From a phage, in assembly GCA_033580375.1 (NCBI GenBank), contig GCA_033580375.1_4527.1: a stretch of DNA of 64,000 bases; one strand, 5' to 3'. The notes below the pieces were generated by a model. The model was not told where the DNA came from, searched no databases, and was given only the letters and a program-made list of their open reading frames with translations. This document shows positions 1-11,137 of this stretch, piece after piece; the stretch's first letter is position 1, and each line of letters begins with the position of its first letter. The position numbers and the translations under genes are program-made.

Positions 1-624
1 TAATAACTCAAAGAATTCTTTGAGGCCTCGTATTGTGTGAACATGTGACGCCCCACATTTGGGACATTTAATAGGGGTTGCCAGATAAATTGATGGCGAT
101 ACCAAAAGATTTTTAATATTGATCATGTCATCTTCTGTTATAAGGCCGTAAAGGTCGTTTATTTCTGCTTCAGTTAAATCTTCAACAGGGATAGACTCTC
201 CATTGACAAAAACAGCCTCAATACATGAAGCAATCATTAATGCGATATTTTTATCGTCAAATAATTTAGGTTGACGGAACTTAATTTTAATACCACTGAA
301 CGAATACCAGGGATCGGCCTGTTCATCTAATTGAGTGTGCAATAAATTCATATATACTTGAAATGAATGCCCACAGGAACAATTCCAGGTGTGTTCTTGA
401 TTCACTTCACCTAATGAATGTGCCCACAGATTTACCAACAATAACTCGGCTTCTTGTTTAGACAAGTTTTTAGCATTAGAGCAATTAGTGATAATATTGT
501 TCACTGCTGATTCAATAGTACCGGTAGCACGAGCACCTATGAGCCCTAAATATTCTTTTAAAGTAAAGGCTCTACAATTCACTTCTTTATCGCCTAAACG
601 TACGGTAAACGTATATTTGTACAT
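1..624 (-). CDS. 26: baseplate hub subunit gp26 (stop codon lies just outside window start)
   Basis: Minus-strand frame open for 208 codons from ATG (comp. 622-624, SD AAAGGAG) to position 1; absent from ORF track because no stop in window; divergent from gene 51 as in T4; C-terminal CPKCG motif. Confidence 0.7.
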   Translation of the reverse strand, partial: MYKYTFTVRLGDKEVNCRAFTLKEYLGLIGARATGTIESAVNNIITNCSNAKNLSKQEAELLLVNLWAHSLGEVNQEHTWNCSCGHSFQVYMNLLHTQLDEQADPWYSFSGIKIKFRQPKLFDDKNIALMIASCIEAVFVNGESIPVEDLTEAEINDLYGLITEDDMINIKNLLVSPSIYLATPIKCPKCGASHVHTIRGLKEFFELL

Positions 625-643
625 GTTAACTCCTTTATTGTGT

Positions 644-655
644 ATTTATAAATAA
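644..655. promoter_or_regulatory. bidirectional T4-type late promoter
   Basis: Perfect palindrome TATTTATAAATA gives the late core TATAAATA on both strands, 16-19 nt upstream of the divergent ATGs of genes 51 and 26. Confidence 0.6.
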
Positions 656-671
656 TAGAAAAGGAGTAATT

Positions 672-1424
672 ATGGCTAATATAATTCGTTGTAAATTACC
701 GGATGGTGTTCATCGTTTTAAGCCGTTCACTGTGGCGGATTATAGAGACTTTTTACTAGTTAGAAATGATATCGAACATCGTTCGCCACAAGAACAAAAA
801 GAAATAATTGCCGATCTGATTGATGATTATTTTGGCGAGTACCCTAAAACATGGCAACCGTTTATATTCCTGCAAGTTTTTGCAGGCTCTATAGGCAAAA
901 CAAAAGTTCCCGTTATTTTCACTTGCCCTAAATGCTCTAAAGAAAAAACTGCACCATTTGAGATATATCAAAAAGAACTAGTCGAACCTGAACTTGATGT
1001 TGCTGGTATAAAAATACGTTTTTCTTTCCCTGAAAAGTTTTATGACAACAAAGCATTAATGATAAGTGAAAACATAAAAGAAATATATTATAATGATGAA
1101 TGGTACCCATGGAATGATTTGACTGAAGAGAACCAAATCCAAGTAATAGAAGCAATAGACATTGACTCGCTCGAGAAGGTTATTGCTTCTATGAACCCTA
1201 TTAATTTGACCCTTAGATTAGGTTGTTGTGAACGACATGTTAAAACATATACTGATATCTTAGAGGTTTTTAAATTGTTAGTTAACCCTGATGAGATTTT
1301 TACATTCTATCAGATAAACCATTCACTAGTAAAGAGTCAATACACATTGGATTCTATTATGCAAATGATTCCTGTTGAACGTGGTATTGCTTTAACATTA
1401 GTAGAAAAGGACCATAAAAAATGA
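672..1424 (+). CDS. 51: baseplate hub assembly catalyst gp51
   Basis: 250-aa ORF (T4 gp51 is 249 aa), SD AAGGAG, position between 26 and 27. Confidence 0.8.
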   Translation: MANIIRCKLPDGVHRFKPFTVADYRDFLLVRNDIEHRSPQEQKEIIADLIDDYFGEYPKTWQPFIFLQVFAGSIGKTKVPVIFTCPKCSKEKTAPFEIYQKELVEPELDVAGIKIRFSFPEKFYDNKALMISENIKEIYYNDEWYPWNDLTEENQIQVIEAIDIDSLEKVIASMNPINLTLRLGCCERHVKTYTDILEVFKLLVNPDEIFTFYQINHSLVKSQYTLDSIMQMIPVERGIALTLVEKDHKK

Positions 1425-2593
1425 CAGTATTCCAACGTCCAGGATATCCTAACTTAAGCGTTAAATTATACCAAGATTATTCGGCTTGGCAAGAAAATAG
1501 ATATGTTGAACTCGCAGCAACAATAACAACTTTAACCATGCGAGATTCACTATATGGAAGAAATGAAGGGATTCTTCAATTTTATGACACTAAAAACATC
1601 CACACTAAAATGGATGGTAGACAGATAGTTCAAATCTCTGTTTCAAATTCAAACACACCTCTCCAAGTTAGAACTCGAATTTATGGATGTAGACATTATT
1701 CCGTGTCTGTGGACTCAAAAGGTGACAATATTATTGCAATTGAGCTTGGAACAATACATTCTATAGAGAACCTTAAATTTGGGCGACCATTCTTCCCAGA
1801 CGCAGGAGAATCTATACGTGAAATGTTAGGTGTCATATATAAAGACCGTACGTTAATTACTCCGCCAATAAACACTATTAATGCTTATGTTCCTGATATT
1901 CCTTGGACAAGCACATTTGATGATTATTTGGCATATGTCAGAGAATTAGGACTTGCCACAGCGAGTGATAAGTTCGTATTCGTATGGCAAGATATTTTAG
2001 GCGTAAACATGATTGACTACGATACTCTTATTGGCCAGGAAGGCATTAAGATGGTTGTAGGCGAGCCAAATACCGTAGGTCAGTATATTCAAGAGCTTGA
2101 GTATCCATTAGTATGGGATTTTACCTGGATGACTAAAGCTAACCAATTTACAAGAGACCCTATTAAAAACGCCACGGTATTCGCCCATTCATTTTTAGAT
2201 ACATCTATTCCGGTTATTGTTACAGGTGATGGTGATAATGCTATTCTTGTGTCAAGATCCGGCGGATATTCCGAAATGACCTATCGTAATGGATTTGAAG
2301 AAGCAAGTCGTCTTCAGACAATGGCTCAATATGACGGATATGCTAAATGCACTACTACAGGTAATTTTAACATAACGCCTGCTACTAAAATTATATTTGT
2401 TGACCAAAAGAACCAATTCAAATCCGAATTTTACGTAGATGAAGTTATTCATGAGTTATCAAATAACAACTCACAAACTCATCTGTACATGTTTACCAAC
2501 TCAATGGTGTTAGAACCTGTTAACCCAGTTAAGGTTAAAAATGAACTTAAATCTGATTCTACCTCTAAAGAAAATAATTCTACCACAGTCTAA
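1421..2593 (+). CDS. 27: baseplate hub subunit gp27
   Basis: 390-aa ORF, ATGA overlap with gene 51 stop; size and synteny match T4 gp27. Confidence 0.85.
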   Translation: MTVFQRPGYPNLSVKLYQDYSAWQENRYVELAATITTLTMRDSLYGRNEGILQFYDTKNIHTKMDGRQIVQISVSNSNTPLQVRTRIYGCRHYSVSVDSKGDNIIAIELGTIHSIENLKFGRPFFPDAGESIREMLGVIYKDRTLITPPINTINAYVPDIPWTSTFDDYLAYVRELGLATASDKFVFVWQDILGVNMIDYDTLIGQEGIKMVVGEPNTVGQYIQELEYPLVWDFTWMTKANQFTRDPIKNATVFAHSFLDTSIPVIVTGDGDNAILVSRSGGYSEMTYRNGFEEASRLQTMAQYDGYAKCTTTGNFNITPATKIIFVDQKNQFKSEFYVDEVIHELSNNNSQTHLYMFTNSMVLEPVNPVKVKNELKSDSTSKENNSTTV

Positions 2594-3074
2594 TAAAAAG
2601 GTAATGATTCCTAAATTAGGGCTCAAACATTATAATCTTTTAAAGGACGTTAAAGGTCCCGACGAAAACATGAAAATCTTAGCTGATTCTATTTGTAAAA
2701 ATATGAGTCCTGCAGATTTTGATTTTGCATGTCTACATATATTGGAATTTAATAACAAACTTAAGTCCGAAGTTGAAAAAGACGGATTCACTTATAAACT
2801 AGATGACGTCTATGTATGCCAACGAACAGAATTCCAATTTCAAGGTAATACTTTTTATTTTAGACCTCCAGGCAAATTTGAACAATTCGCTACAATCAGT
2901 GAAATGTTATCAAATTGCTTAATAAAAGTTAATGACGAAGAGAAAGAAATTTCTTTCCTTGAGATGCCTGCTTTTGTAATCAAATGGGCAGAAGACCTTT
3001 CGACAACTATTGCTATTCCAGGCCCTAATGGTCCTATTAAGGGTATAGCAGAAATTATTGGATTGCTTGAATGA
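2541..3074 (+). CDS. 28: baseplate hub distal subunit gp28
   Basis: 177-aa ORF with ATG and SD AAGG, overlaps 3' end of gene 27; size and synteny match T4 gp28. Confidence 0.75.
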   Translation: MNLNLILPLKKIILPQSNKKVMIPKLGLKHYNLLKDVKGPDENMKILADSICKNMSPADFDFACLHILEFNNKLKSEVEKDGFTYKLDDVYVCQRTEFQFQGNTFYFRPPGKFEQFATISEMLSNCLIKVNDEEKEISFLEMPAFVIKWAEDLSTTIAIPGPNGPIKGIAEIIGLLE

Positions 3075-4843
3075 AACCTGAAGAAATGAAATCCATGCGT
3101 AGAAATAAGGTCATTGCCGATAATAAACCACAAAAAGTAGCTGCTGATGCAGCTACCGATTCATTAGAAGCATTGAATGACATTTCATCAAAACTAGACG
3201 ATGTCCAAGCCGCGTCTGAACTCACATCGCAAAGTGTAGAAGATAAAGGCAACGGAATTATTGAATCAATTGGAGACTTAAAGAATTCGACAGATAATAC
3301 TGCTGAAGGCACAGAGCTTATCGCAGAAGTTATTGAAAAACAAACTGAAGTCACTAAAAGTATAAATGAAGTTTCTAGTGCAATAAGCTCTAAGTTAGAC
3401 CGATTAGCTACATTATTAGAGCAAAAATTACAAACATCTACCGCTATTCAAAATACAGGAGGCACCTCTCTTGAAGTAATTGAGAACGCAATACCTGTTA
3501 AAGTGGTTGAGAATGAAACTTCTGATGAGCTGTTTAAAGCATTCCCTACACCTGAAAAGATTGATAATAAGCCAGACGAAGATTTCTTCCCAGCCCCGGT
3601 TCAAGAAAGTGCTAATTCTACTTCCGATTCTAAAGGTGGAATTAGCTTTAAATTGAGCGATAAAATTGCAATGCTCACCAAAACAGTTCAAACCGGGTTT
3701 AATAAATCAATATCAATTTCAGACAGAATTGCCGGAATGCTTTTCAAATACACTATAACGGCTGCTATTGAAGCAGCAAAAATGGCCGCACTTATTCTTG
3801 GTATTGTTATCGGTATTGATTTATTGATAGTCCATTTCAAATATTGGACAGACAAGTTCACTTCTGCCTGGGATTTATTTGATGAAAACTTTACTAAATT
3901 CTCTGATGAAGCTAAAGAGTGGGGTAAATTCTTAAGTGATATATTCACTTCTATTGACTCGATAAAACAATTGTGGGAAGCTGGAGACTGGGGTGGTTTA
4001 ACCGTTGCTATTGTCAAAGGTGTAGGAACAGCATTAATGAACTTAGGTGAACTAATTCAATTAGGAATGGCTAAACTCTCTGCGTCTATATTGCGTGCTA
4101 TAGGTTTTGGCGATACCGCAGACGAAATAGAAGGACGTGCTTTAGAAGGATTCCAAGAAACTACCGGGAACAAATTAAAGAAAGAAGACCAAGAGAAAGT
4201 CGCTAAATATCAAATGAAGCGCGACGATGGGGAATTAGGAACCGTTTCTAAAGGTCTTGATATGTTACAACGCGGCAAAACATTCGTTACTAACTGGGTT
4301 CGTGGTAATGACAATAAAGAAGAGTTTAGTACAAGCGATGAGCGTGCTGCGGAATCGGCAAAATTAAAAGAGTTACCTGAAGAGGAACGTAAAGAGGCAT
4401 ATATAAAAGCTAATGAAACTCGGGCGGCCTTAGTTAGATTTGAGGATTATATCGATAAAATCGATGTGACTAATCCAGAAAATGCTAAAAACGTCGAGAA
4501 GTCTTATGCTGATTTAAGTAAACTTATTAAAGACCCTGAACTTAATAAAACTCCTATTGTTAAAAAGGAATTAGATGCTAGATTTGAAAAGCTAAATAAT
4601 AAAATGGCTGAAGCCAAAAAAGCTCAGACAACAGTTAAGCCTGAATCTTCAACTAAATCTCCGGAAGCAAAACAAGTTCAGTCAATAGAGAAAGGACGTG
4701 CTTCTGAATCTAAACAACAGCAACCGGTAGCGACGATTAGTAACACAAATAATGTCGTCAAAAAGAATACCGTAGTCCAGAATATGACCCCTGTAACAAG
4801 TACAACGGCTCCTGGAATTTTCCATGCCACCGGTGTTAATTAA
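3071..4843 (+). CDS. 29: baseplate hub subunit / tail length determinator gp29
   Basis: 590-aa ORF, same length as T4 gp29, coiled-coil and low-complexity middle, synteny. Confidence 0.85.
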   Translation: MKPEEMKSMRRNKVIADNKPQKVAADAATDSLEALNDISSKLDDVQAASELTSQSVEDKGNGIIESIGDLKNSTDNTAEGTELIAEVIEKQTEVTKSINEVSSAISSKLDRLATLLEQKLQTSTAIQNTGGTSLEVIENAIPVKVVENETSDELFKAFPTPEKIDNKPDEDFFPAPVQESANSTSDSKGGISFKLSDKIAMLTKTVQTGFNKSISISDRIAGMLFKYTITAAIEAAKMAALILGIVIGIDLLIVHFKYWTDKFTSAWDLFDENFTKFSDEAKEWGKFLSDIFTSIDSIKQLWEAGDWGGLTVAIVKGVGTALMNLGELIQLGMAKLSASILRAIGFGDTADEIEGRALEGFQETTGNKLKKEDQEKVAKYQMKRDDGELGTVSKGLDMLQRGKTFVTNWVRGNDNKEEFSTSDERAAESAKLKELPEEERKEAYIKANETRAALVRFEDYIDKIDVTNPENAKNVEKSYADLSKLIKDPELNKTPIVKKELDARFEKLNNKMAEAKKAQTTVKPESSTKSPEAKQVQSIEKGRASESKQQQPVATISNTNNVVKKNTVVQNMTPVTSTTAPGIFHATGVN

Positions 4844-4851
4844 GGATTATT

Positions 4852-5961
4852 ATGATTAGTGTAAAAGAAATAGTAGTAGATGCAAAGGATTTAAATAAAG
4901 CAATCCCAGTCTCAGAAAGTGCTGGGCAAAGCACTAAAACCGAAACAACTACTAAAACTTATGTTGCTCAATTTCCTACAGGAAGAGCAGCCGGAAATGA
5001 CTCCACAGGAGACTTCCAGGTAACAGACCTTTATAAGAATGGATTATTATTTACCGCGTACAATATGTCTGCACGCGATTCAGGATCCCTCAGGAATTTA
5101 CGTCCGGCATACGCCGGGACTTCATCTAATGGTATCATATCAGATTTAACTGATAATGTGAAAGATGCCGTGACTAAATTCTCAAATGGATTGCTTCCTG
5201 CCGGAGCTAATAAATCTACTATAAATAAAACTCCTGTTGCTAATATCCTTTTGCCGCGTTCTAAATCTGACGTTGATACAACTTCGCATCGTTTTAATGA
5301 TATCGGTGATAGCCTTATTACTAAAGGTGGAGGTACTGCTACAGGTGTTTTAAGTAACATTGCTTCTACTGCAGTCTTTGGTGCATTAGATTCTATTACT
5401 CAAGGGCTTATGGCTGATAATAACGAACAGATTTATACGACTTCTCGTAGTATGTACGGCGGTGCTGAGAACCGTACTAAAGTCTTTACATGGGATTTAA
5501 CTCCACGTTCAACTGAAGACCTTATGGCTATTATAAACATTTACCAATATTTTAACTATTTCTCATATGGCGAGACTGGTAAATCACAATACGCCCAAGA
5601 GATTAAAAGTTATTTAGACGAATGGTACCGTTCAACGTTTATTGAGCCTATGACACCAGACGATGCTGTAAAAAATAAGACATTGTTTGAAAAGATTACT
5701 GCGTCATTAACAAACGTATTAGTTGTAAGCAACCCTACAATTTGGATGGTTAAAAACTTTGGACACACGTCTAAATTTGACGGGTTAACTGATGTATTTG
5801 GCCCATGTCAAATTCAAAGCGTACGTTTTGATAAAACTCCAAATGGACAATTTAATGGTCTCGCTGTTGCTCCTAACTTACCATCAACATTTACGTTAGA
5901 GATAACAATGCGAGAAATTATTACATTAAACCGTTCTTCACTTTATGCGGGGACTTTCTAA
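4852..5961 (+). CDS. 48: baseplate tail tube cap gp48
   Basis: 369-aa ORF, synteny 29-48-54. Confidence 0.8.
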   Translation: MISVKEIVVDAKDLNKAIPVSESAGQSTKTETTTKTYVAQFPTGRAAGNDSTGDFQVTDLYKNGLLFTAYNMSARDSGSLRNLRPAYAGTSSNGIISDLTDNVKDAVTKFSNGLLPAGANKSTINKTPVANILLPRSKSDVDTTSHRFNDIGDSLITKGGGTATGVLSNIASTAVFGALDSITQGLMADNNEQIYTTSRSMYGGAENRTKVFTWDLTPRSTEDLMAIINIYQYFNYFSYGETGKSQYAQEIKSYLDEWYRSTFIEPMTPDDAVKNKTLFEKITASLTNVLVVSNPTIWMVKNFGHTSKFDGLTDVFGPCQIQSVRFDKTPNGQFNGLAVAPNLPSTFTLEITMREIITLNRSSLYAGTF

Positions 5962-6923
5962 TGTACTCTTTAGAAGAATTTAATAACCAAGCTATAAATG
6001 CAGATTTCCAACGAAACAATATGTTTAGTTGTGTATTTGCTACTACACCGTCGACCAAATCGTCTTCACTAATTTCGTCAATTGGTAGTTTTGCTTATAA
6101 TAACTTAGGGTTGGATTCCGATTGGCTAGGATTGACTCAAGGTGATATCAATCAGGGCGTAACAACCCTGATTACAGCAGGAACACAGAAATTAATTCGA
6201 AAATCAGGTGTAAGTAAATATCTGATTGGAGCAATGAGTCAACGTACGGTACAAAGCTTGTTAGGTGAGTTCACAGTAGGATCTTATCTGATAGACTTCT
6301 TCAATATGGCATATAATAATACAGGTTTAATGATTTATTCTGTAAAAATGCCTGAGAACCGATTATCTTATGAAACAGATTTCAACTATAACTCACCGAA
6401 CATCAGAATTACCGGTCGTGAAATGGACCCGTTAGTAATAAGCTTTAGAATGGATTCCGAAGCATCTAACTTTAGAGCAATGCAAGACTGGGTAAACTCG
6501 GTCCAAGACCCTGTAACAGGTCTTCGCGCTTTACCACAAGACGTCGAAGCAGATATTCAGGTTAATTTACATGCACGAAATGGTTTACCACATACCGCTG
6601 TCATGTTCACCGGATGTATTCCTGTTAGTGTCTCTTCTCCTGAGTTAACGTATGATGGTGATAATCAGATAACAGTTTTTGATGTAACATTTGCTTATCG
6701 CGTTATGCAATCAGGTGCTGTAAATAGACAGGCTGCTTTAGAATGGCTGGAATCAGGACTTATTAGTAGTGTTTCAGGAATGTTCGGAAATAATCAAAAT
6801 GATTCTGGGCTAGGAAGTGCAGTATCAAGACTTTCTAGATTAGGTGGGACTGCTGGAGGTGTGTCTAATATAAACACATTGACAGGCGTGGTGAATTCTG
6901 CATCAAGAGTTTTAGGCCTATAA
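5961..6923 (+). CDS. 54: baseplate tail tube initiator gp54
   Basis: 320-aa ORF (same as T4 gp54), overlapping stop/start with gene 48. Confidence 0.85.
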   Translation: MYSLEEFNNQAINADFQRNNMFSCVFATTPSTKSSSLISSIGSFAYNNLGLDSDWLGLTQGDINQGVTTLITAGTQKLIRKSGVSKYLIGAMSQRTVQSLLGEFTVGSYLIDFFNMAYNNTGLMIYSVKMPENRLSYETDFNYNSPNIRITGREMDPLVISFRMDSEASNFRAMQDWVNSVQDPVTGLRALPQDVEADIQVNLHARNGLPHTAVMFTGCIPVSVSSPELTYDGDNQITVFDVTFAYRVMQSGAVNRQAALEWLESGLISSVSGMFGNNQNDSGLGSAVSRLSRLGGTAGGVSNINTLTGVVNSASRVLGL

Positions 6924-6951
6924 GAAAAAAAAAAGGGAGACAACGTCTCCC
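6924..6951. terminator. bidirectional intrinsic terminator
   Basis: A10 tract then hairpin GGGAGA-CAACG-TCTCCC then TTTAGGGGTTTATTT; sits between convergent gene 54 (+) and the alt operon (-). Confidence 0.65.
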
Positions 6952-6960
6952 TTTAGGGGT

Positions 6961-7254
6961 TTATTTACGGAATGAAAGGAATGCTGGTGCTCGGAACGGA
7001 GTATCATCTTTAGAGTATTTAACTAATACAACCATTGGTACCTCTGTTTCTAAATGACCTGTCACTACACCGATAAAAATTTGGTCGGTGTGCTCAGGGT
7101 CACGAAAGTTTTTAAGAGGTTCCATAGCAATATGGAATGCACCTGGGAATACTCGATTCAATTCGTCAATCACGGCTTCGTTAAAAGCATCATCCGCTGG
7201 GATAACATCTTCAACTACTAGTTCTTGACCATTAAAGCGAAGCATAGATTTCAT
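6961..7254 (-). CDS. hypothetical protein (alt-downstream small gene)
   Basis: ORF-track ORF trimmed to internal ATG (MKSMLRF...) with SD GAGGAA; the upstream 24 codons encode an early promoter instead. Confidence 0.5.
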   Translation of the reverse strand: MKSMLRFNGQELVVEDVIPADDAFNEAVIDELNRVFPGAFHIAMEPLKNFRDPEHTDQIFIGVVTGHLETEVPMVVLVKYSKDDTPFRAPAFLSFRK

Positions 7255-7284
7255 AACGTTTTCCTCATGTTGTTGATGGGATGA

Positions 7285-7313
7285 TAGTATCACACATCCA
7301 TGTGCTTGTAAAC
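7285..7313 (-). promoter_or_regulatory. T4-type early promoter
   Basis: Minus strand GTTTAC-N17-TACTAT immediately after alt stop. Confidence 0.5.
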
Positions 7314-9400
7314 TATCCTTGAACAAATTTAAATGGAACCGATTCTAAATCCATTAAAGATGCTAACAGTTTCAATCCTTTAGGTGCACTGTTTATTTCT
7401 ACGAATGAGGCAAAAGATACTGGCTCATTTGATTCGATTTCACCCGTCATAGCAACCACCTCGCCTGTTTCCATGAGAACATCACCGTCGTAAATGACTG
7501 CTTCATCCAACTGGTCTGAGGACATGACTTCGGCTTGAATAAATTTAAGGTTGGATTCTAAACCTGCACCAGTGTCAGATGACGCATCTGTAATTTTATT
7601 TATCTGCAAGAGAATGCCTCTAGGCAAAATAATTTCTTGCTCATTAGGGTGATTACTCAACTGTCCTGGATAAATCACGTTAACTTTATGGGCGCCATCA
7701 ATAGCCCATCCAACGTTAACACGGATTTGTTCTGGTGCATGCATAGCTGTTCTTACTTGACTAGGAGAAATAGTAACACCTTCGTCATTATTGTCAATGT
7801 TAAGCTCTTTGCGAACTTCTTCAGGAGCAAGTCCAAGGGCAACGTTCTCTTTAAACCCGCCGAAAATAATAGGAGCTAGTGAAGTAGAAACATAGTTTCT
7901 GAAGTAGAATACCTTATTTTTAACCATTGCTTCGTAAATAGGCATTCTGATAGACTGAGCTCTATACAACGTTAGTCCTTCAGGTAAACGGTCTCCATTT
8001 AAAAACGCCGAATCAAGACCATCAATAGCGCGTTTAACTTCATCTTCATCTGCAACATCATAAAAATCCGGTTTATAACGACCTAACAACATATTATTGA
8101 TATCGGTATACGCAGAAGAGGCATATTCACGAATAGCTCGTTTTTCAGCAACAGAGTATTGTTTAGGGTCACGATTCATTGTTATATTAAAGGTGCCTCT
8201 AGCCGATTCTCGTGCATAAGTATACATCACATTAGACAAGAACGCTGATTTACGTTGTTTCCAAGTTTTTTCAGATACTTCAGCTAAAACGTCGTCAGCC
8301 AGCTGGAAATTATCACGTCTAAAATCTTCAAACCATTCGTCTTTAATAGAGTCTGCAATTTCATTTGCAGCTTCAACAAAAGCAGCTAATGCTTTAACAG
8401 ATGTTGTTTTTTCAGTTTTAATTTTCTTAGCAAACTTTTCTAAAGTCGGCTTAATAACACTACCATAAGAAACTTCATCAGCAAATCTAAAGGATTCATC
8501 AATACGATTATAAATCTTATTTTCGATATCAGCAACTAAAGTGCCTTTTGCTGTGGACGATGCTTGGGCTAGTACGATTTCATATGCTTCAGGAAGTAAT
8601 TCGGCTGTAGCCGGGCCGCTAACTTCTTTAGCAGAATTTTCGTATTTCTGGAATAGCTCACCTTCTTGGCGATCTGCTTCTAAAGATTGACTTGCTGCAA
8701 TAGCTCGACGAGAAATTTTAGTACGAGCAATAACAGGCTTATCTTTACGTTTTTCTTCTACAGCAGCAATAGAACCAGCTATAGCCGTTTCTTTGGTGAC
8801 TTTTTCGCCAGTCTTTTTACTCACATAAACTTCACCAACATCAGAATCTACTTTCGTGTACAACTCTGTGTTAATGTTAGGGATGCCTTTAATATCTTCA
8901 ATGTTGGCATTTTTACGAACCATCATCACATATGTGTGTTTACCTGTGAATTGATACATTGCAGACAATACTTTAAAACGACCACCAGTTTTAGTAGAAA
9001 CTAAACGAGCAAGAAGAGTTTGAAGTTGTTGTCCACGTCCTTTCAATTTCTTGGTAGGGAATCGGAACAGAACTGCATCCATACGAAGAGCTTTAACCTG
9101 TTCATACACTGTATTGAAAATGGTGTTGATTGCATCAATAGGAGCAGGACCAAGGCCATTTTTCAATTCAGCGAGATTACCCTTTTCAGACAGACTCATA
9201 ATAACAACATGAGCGTATTTGTCGCCAAGTTTAACTTGTTTTACAGCGTCGCCTTCGGAAAGGTAAGAGAATAAACGAACTACGATGTTTGTATCGATAT
9301 CACCAATTTTCCAGACTTGTGGAACTTTAGCTTTAGGGTTCAAATTGATGACAGGAAGACTGCCTTCAGATTCAAACACTTCATTTAATTGTTCAGACAT
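7313..9400 (-). CDS. alt: ADP-ribosyltransferase Alt
   Basis: 695-aa ORF (T4 Alt is 682 aa), position between gene 54 and DNA ligase, SD AAGGA. Confidence 0.8.
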   Translation of the reverse strand: MSEQLNEVFESEGSLPVINLNPKAKVPQVWKIGDIDTNIVVRLFSYLSEGDAVKQVKLGDKYAHVVIMSLSEKGNLAELKNGLGPAPIDAINTIFNTVYEQVKALRMDAVLFRFPTKKLKGRGQQLQTLLARLVSTKTGGRFKVLSAMYQFTGKHTYVMMVRKNANIEDIKGIPNINTELYTKVDSDVGEVYVSKKTGEKVTKETAIAGSIAAVEEKRKDKPVIARTKISRRAIAASQSLEADRQEGELFQKYENSAKEVSGPATAELLPEAYEIVLAQASSTAKGTLVADIENKIYNRIDESFRFADEVSYGSVIKPTLEKFAKKIKTEKTTSVKALAAFVEAANEIADSIKDEWFEDFRRDNFQLADDVLAEVSEKTWKQRKSAFLSNVMYTYARESARGTFNITMNRDPKQYSVAEKRAIREYASSAYTDINNMLLGRYKPDFYDVADEDEVKRAIDGLDSAFLNGDRLPEGLTLYRAQSIRMPIYEAMVKNKVFYFRNYVSTSLAPIIFGGFKENVALGLAPEEVRKELNIDNNDEGVTISPSQVRTAMHAPEQIRVNVGWAIDGAHKVNVIYPGQLSNHPNEQEIILPRGILLQINKITDASSDTGAGLESNLKFIQAEVMSSDQLDEAVIYDGDVLMETGEVVAMTGEIESNEPVSFASFVEINSAPKGLKLLASLMDLESVPFKFVQG

Positions 9401-9420
9401 AGTGTTTTCCTTTTAGTAAT

Positions 9421-9428
9421 AATTTATA
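9421..9428 (-). promoter_or_regulatory. possible late-type promoter upstream of alt
   Basis: Minus strand CATAAATATAAATTATT contains the near-consensus TATAAATT about 20 nt upstream of the alt ATG. Confidence 0.3.
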
Positions 9429-9435
9429 TTTATGC

Positions 9436-9456
9436 CAAAAAGAGCCCGAAGGCTCT
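9436..9456 (-). terminator. intrinsic terminator
   Basis: Hairpin AGAGCC-UUCG-GGCUCU followed by UUUUUGG on minus strand, right after the upstream small ORF. Confidence 0.55.
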
Positions 9457-9644
9457 TAATCCACAATCGGGAGCAAAGTACGATAAACTTCAAAATTAGG
9501 GCCTTTTTCGTACCCATTAACGTTATCTACGAAAACCCGATACGAATTTTCATTAGGAAAATCTAATATAATCTGAGAGCAAGAGGTGGAAACATCTCCA
9601 CCGTCCTTCTTAGCTACAATAACTGTTTCTAAATAAGCTTTCAT
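9456..9644 (-). CDS. hypothetical small protein
   Basis: ORF-track ORF begins at GTG; trimmed to internal ATG (MKAYLET...) that overlaps the ligase stop as TAATG. Confidence 0.4.
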   Translation of the reverse strand: MKAYLETVIVAKKDGGDVSTSCSQIILDFPNENSYRVFVDNVNGYEKGPNFEVYRTLLPIVD

Positions 9645-11137
9645 TATAAACCTGTCTGGGACCACGGTCCAAATACGTCTTCAAATGAATCCGCTTCTGT
9701 TTTATCAAAACGGAACCCTTTAATAATTGGAAGGAAAATACCTACAGTACCTTCACGGCCTTTAGAATGAACCCAACCATTACATTCGCAATCAGCAATA
9801 CGTCCGATCAATTTACCTTCACGAGCTTCGGTCATTAATCGTTCACGGTCTAAATCATGACGCTCGTCTAAAGGAATAAGAACCTTTACACCGTCAACTG
9901 TTTTATGAGTTGTATCTTTAAAACCTGAACCACAATCAGTTGTAATACGACGACAACGTGATACGAGTTCGACACCACCCAATTTGTTAGGGTCTTTAGA
10001 GTGTTCATAGTATCCTACAACTTCTAAAGCGATATCAATAACTTCTTTAAATTTAATTAGGTTCTTAGAGCGTTTGTTTTCCCAATATGAATCACGGTTT
10101 TTAAGGATAATACCTTCAAGACCTTGGTCAACATATTTTTTATAAACCACTTTAGCTTCGTCAAGATTACGAACTAACTGATTTTCAATTGGCTCAATTC
10201 GCTTAAAGCCTTCAGCCATATTTTCAAGAGCAGCAAAACGAACATCGTATTTCTGACCTTTAATTTTGCCATCAGAATAGACTTCATCTAAAGGAACATA
10301 GTCCCAGGCTTGAAGAACCATACCTTCCGCTTCTTTAGGAGAAATAGTCCCTTGAAGAGATTTATTTGCTAAACCGTTTGAAGTGCTACGGTCTGCAACT
10401 TGTACTTCTTCGGATTCTTCATTATCACCAAATAAGAACGACAGGTCATTTCCTGAGCTCACAGCCTTTTTAATATCAAATGAATGATAAACTAATTCAC
10501 CGTCGATTAAAACCCCATTAGGGTGTCTTTCACGAGCTTCTTTAGTCATTTCCATTAGTTCATCCGCTAATAGAGTAAGACCATGGTATTCATTACCAGC
10601 ACGAGAAAAAAATTGGACACCGTCATCGCGAACTTCAGCGAAACAACGAGCACCATCTGCTTTTAATTGGGCAAATGCGGGCCATTTAATATTTTTAGTA
10701 ATCAATTTCTCATCATATGCAGATGCTAACATCTGTGGTTGCAATTGAATAAGTCCTGGCCACACCTTATTCGCGATAGACACTGAAGCACCTACTTCAA
10801 GGTCGCGCATCATTACACGACGAAGGACTTCTACATCATCAGGTTTACCGTCAGCGATATAACCCATGAGCTCTTTAATTGCTGCATTACCAGTGAGTTT
10901 ACGAGTGGCTAATGTGAACTCAATAAAATCCAACATGTCATCTAATTCAAGAAGACCATATGCTTGGGACCTTTCACCTGGTCCTGGCCATTTCTTAATA
11001 TAATACTGGATACCACGTGCATATGTTAAACGATACACACGTTCAAGTAATTTGTTGTCCTTATTTTTCTTAAGGATTTCCTGTTTTGTTTTAGTAGAAC
11101 CGATCGCAGCTATTTGGTTTAAAATATCTAAAATCAT
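9644..11137 (-). CDS. 30: ATP-dependent DNA ligase gp30
   Basis: 497-aa ORF with adenylation motif KADGARC; size and position match T4 gene 30. Confidence 0.9.
   Translation of the reverse strand: MILDILNQIAAIGSTKTKQEILKKNKDNKLLERVYRLTYARGIQYYIKKWPGPGERSQAYGLLELDDMLDFIEFTLATRKLTGNAAIKELMGYIADGKPDDVEVLRRVMMRDLEVGASVSIANKVWPGLIQLQPQMLASAYDEKLITKNIKWPAFAQLKADGARCFAEVRDDGVQFFSRAGNEYHGLTLLADELMEMTKEARERHPNGVLIDGELVYHSFDIKKAVSSGNDLSFLFGDNEESEEVQVADRSTSNGLANKSLQGTISPKEAEGMVLQAWDYVPLDEVYSDGKIKGQKYDVRFAALENMAEGFKRIEPIENQLVRNLDEAKVVYKKYVDQGLEGIILKNRDSYWENKRSKNLIKFKEVIDIALEVVGYYEHSKDPNKLGGVELVSRCRRITTDCGSGFKDTTHKTVDGVKVLIPLDERHDLDRERLMTEAREGKLIGRIADCECNGWVHSKGREGTVGIFLPIIKGFRFDKTEADSFEDVFGPWSQTGL

Noticed and set aside
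6924-6934. A10 homopolymer as a slippery site or phase-variation tract
   Set aside because: It is intergenic and forms the U tract of the bidirectional terminator on the minus strand.
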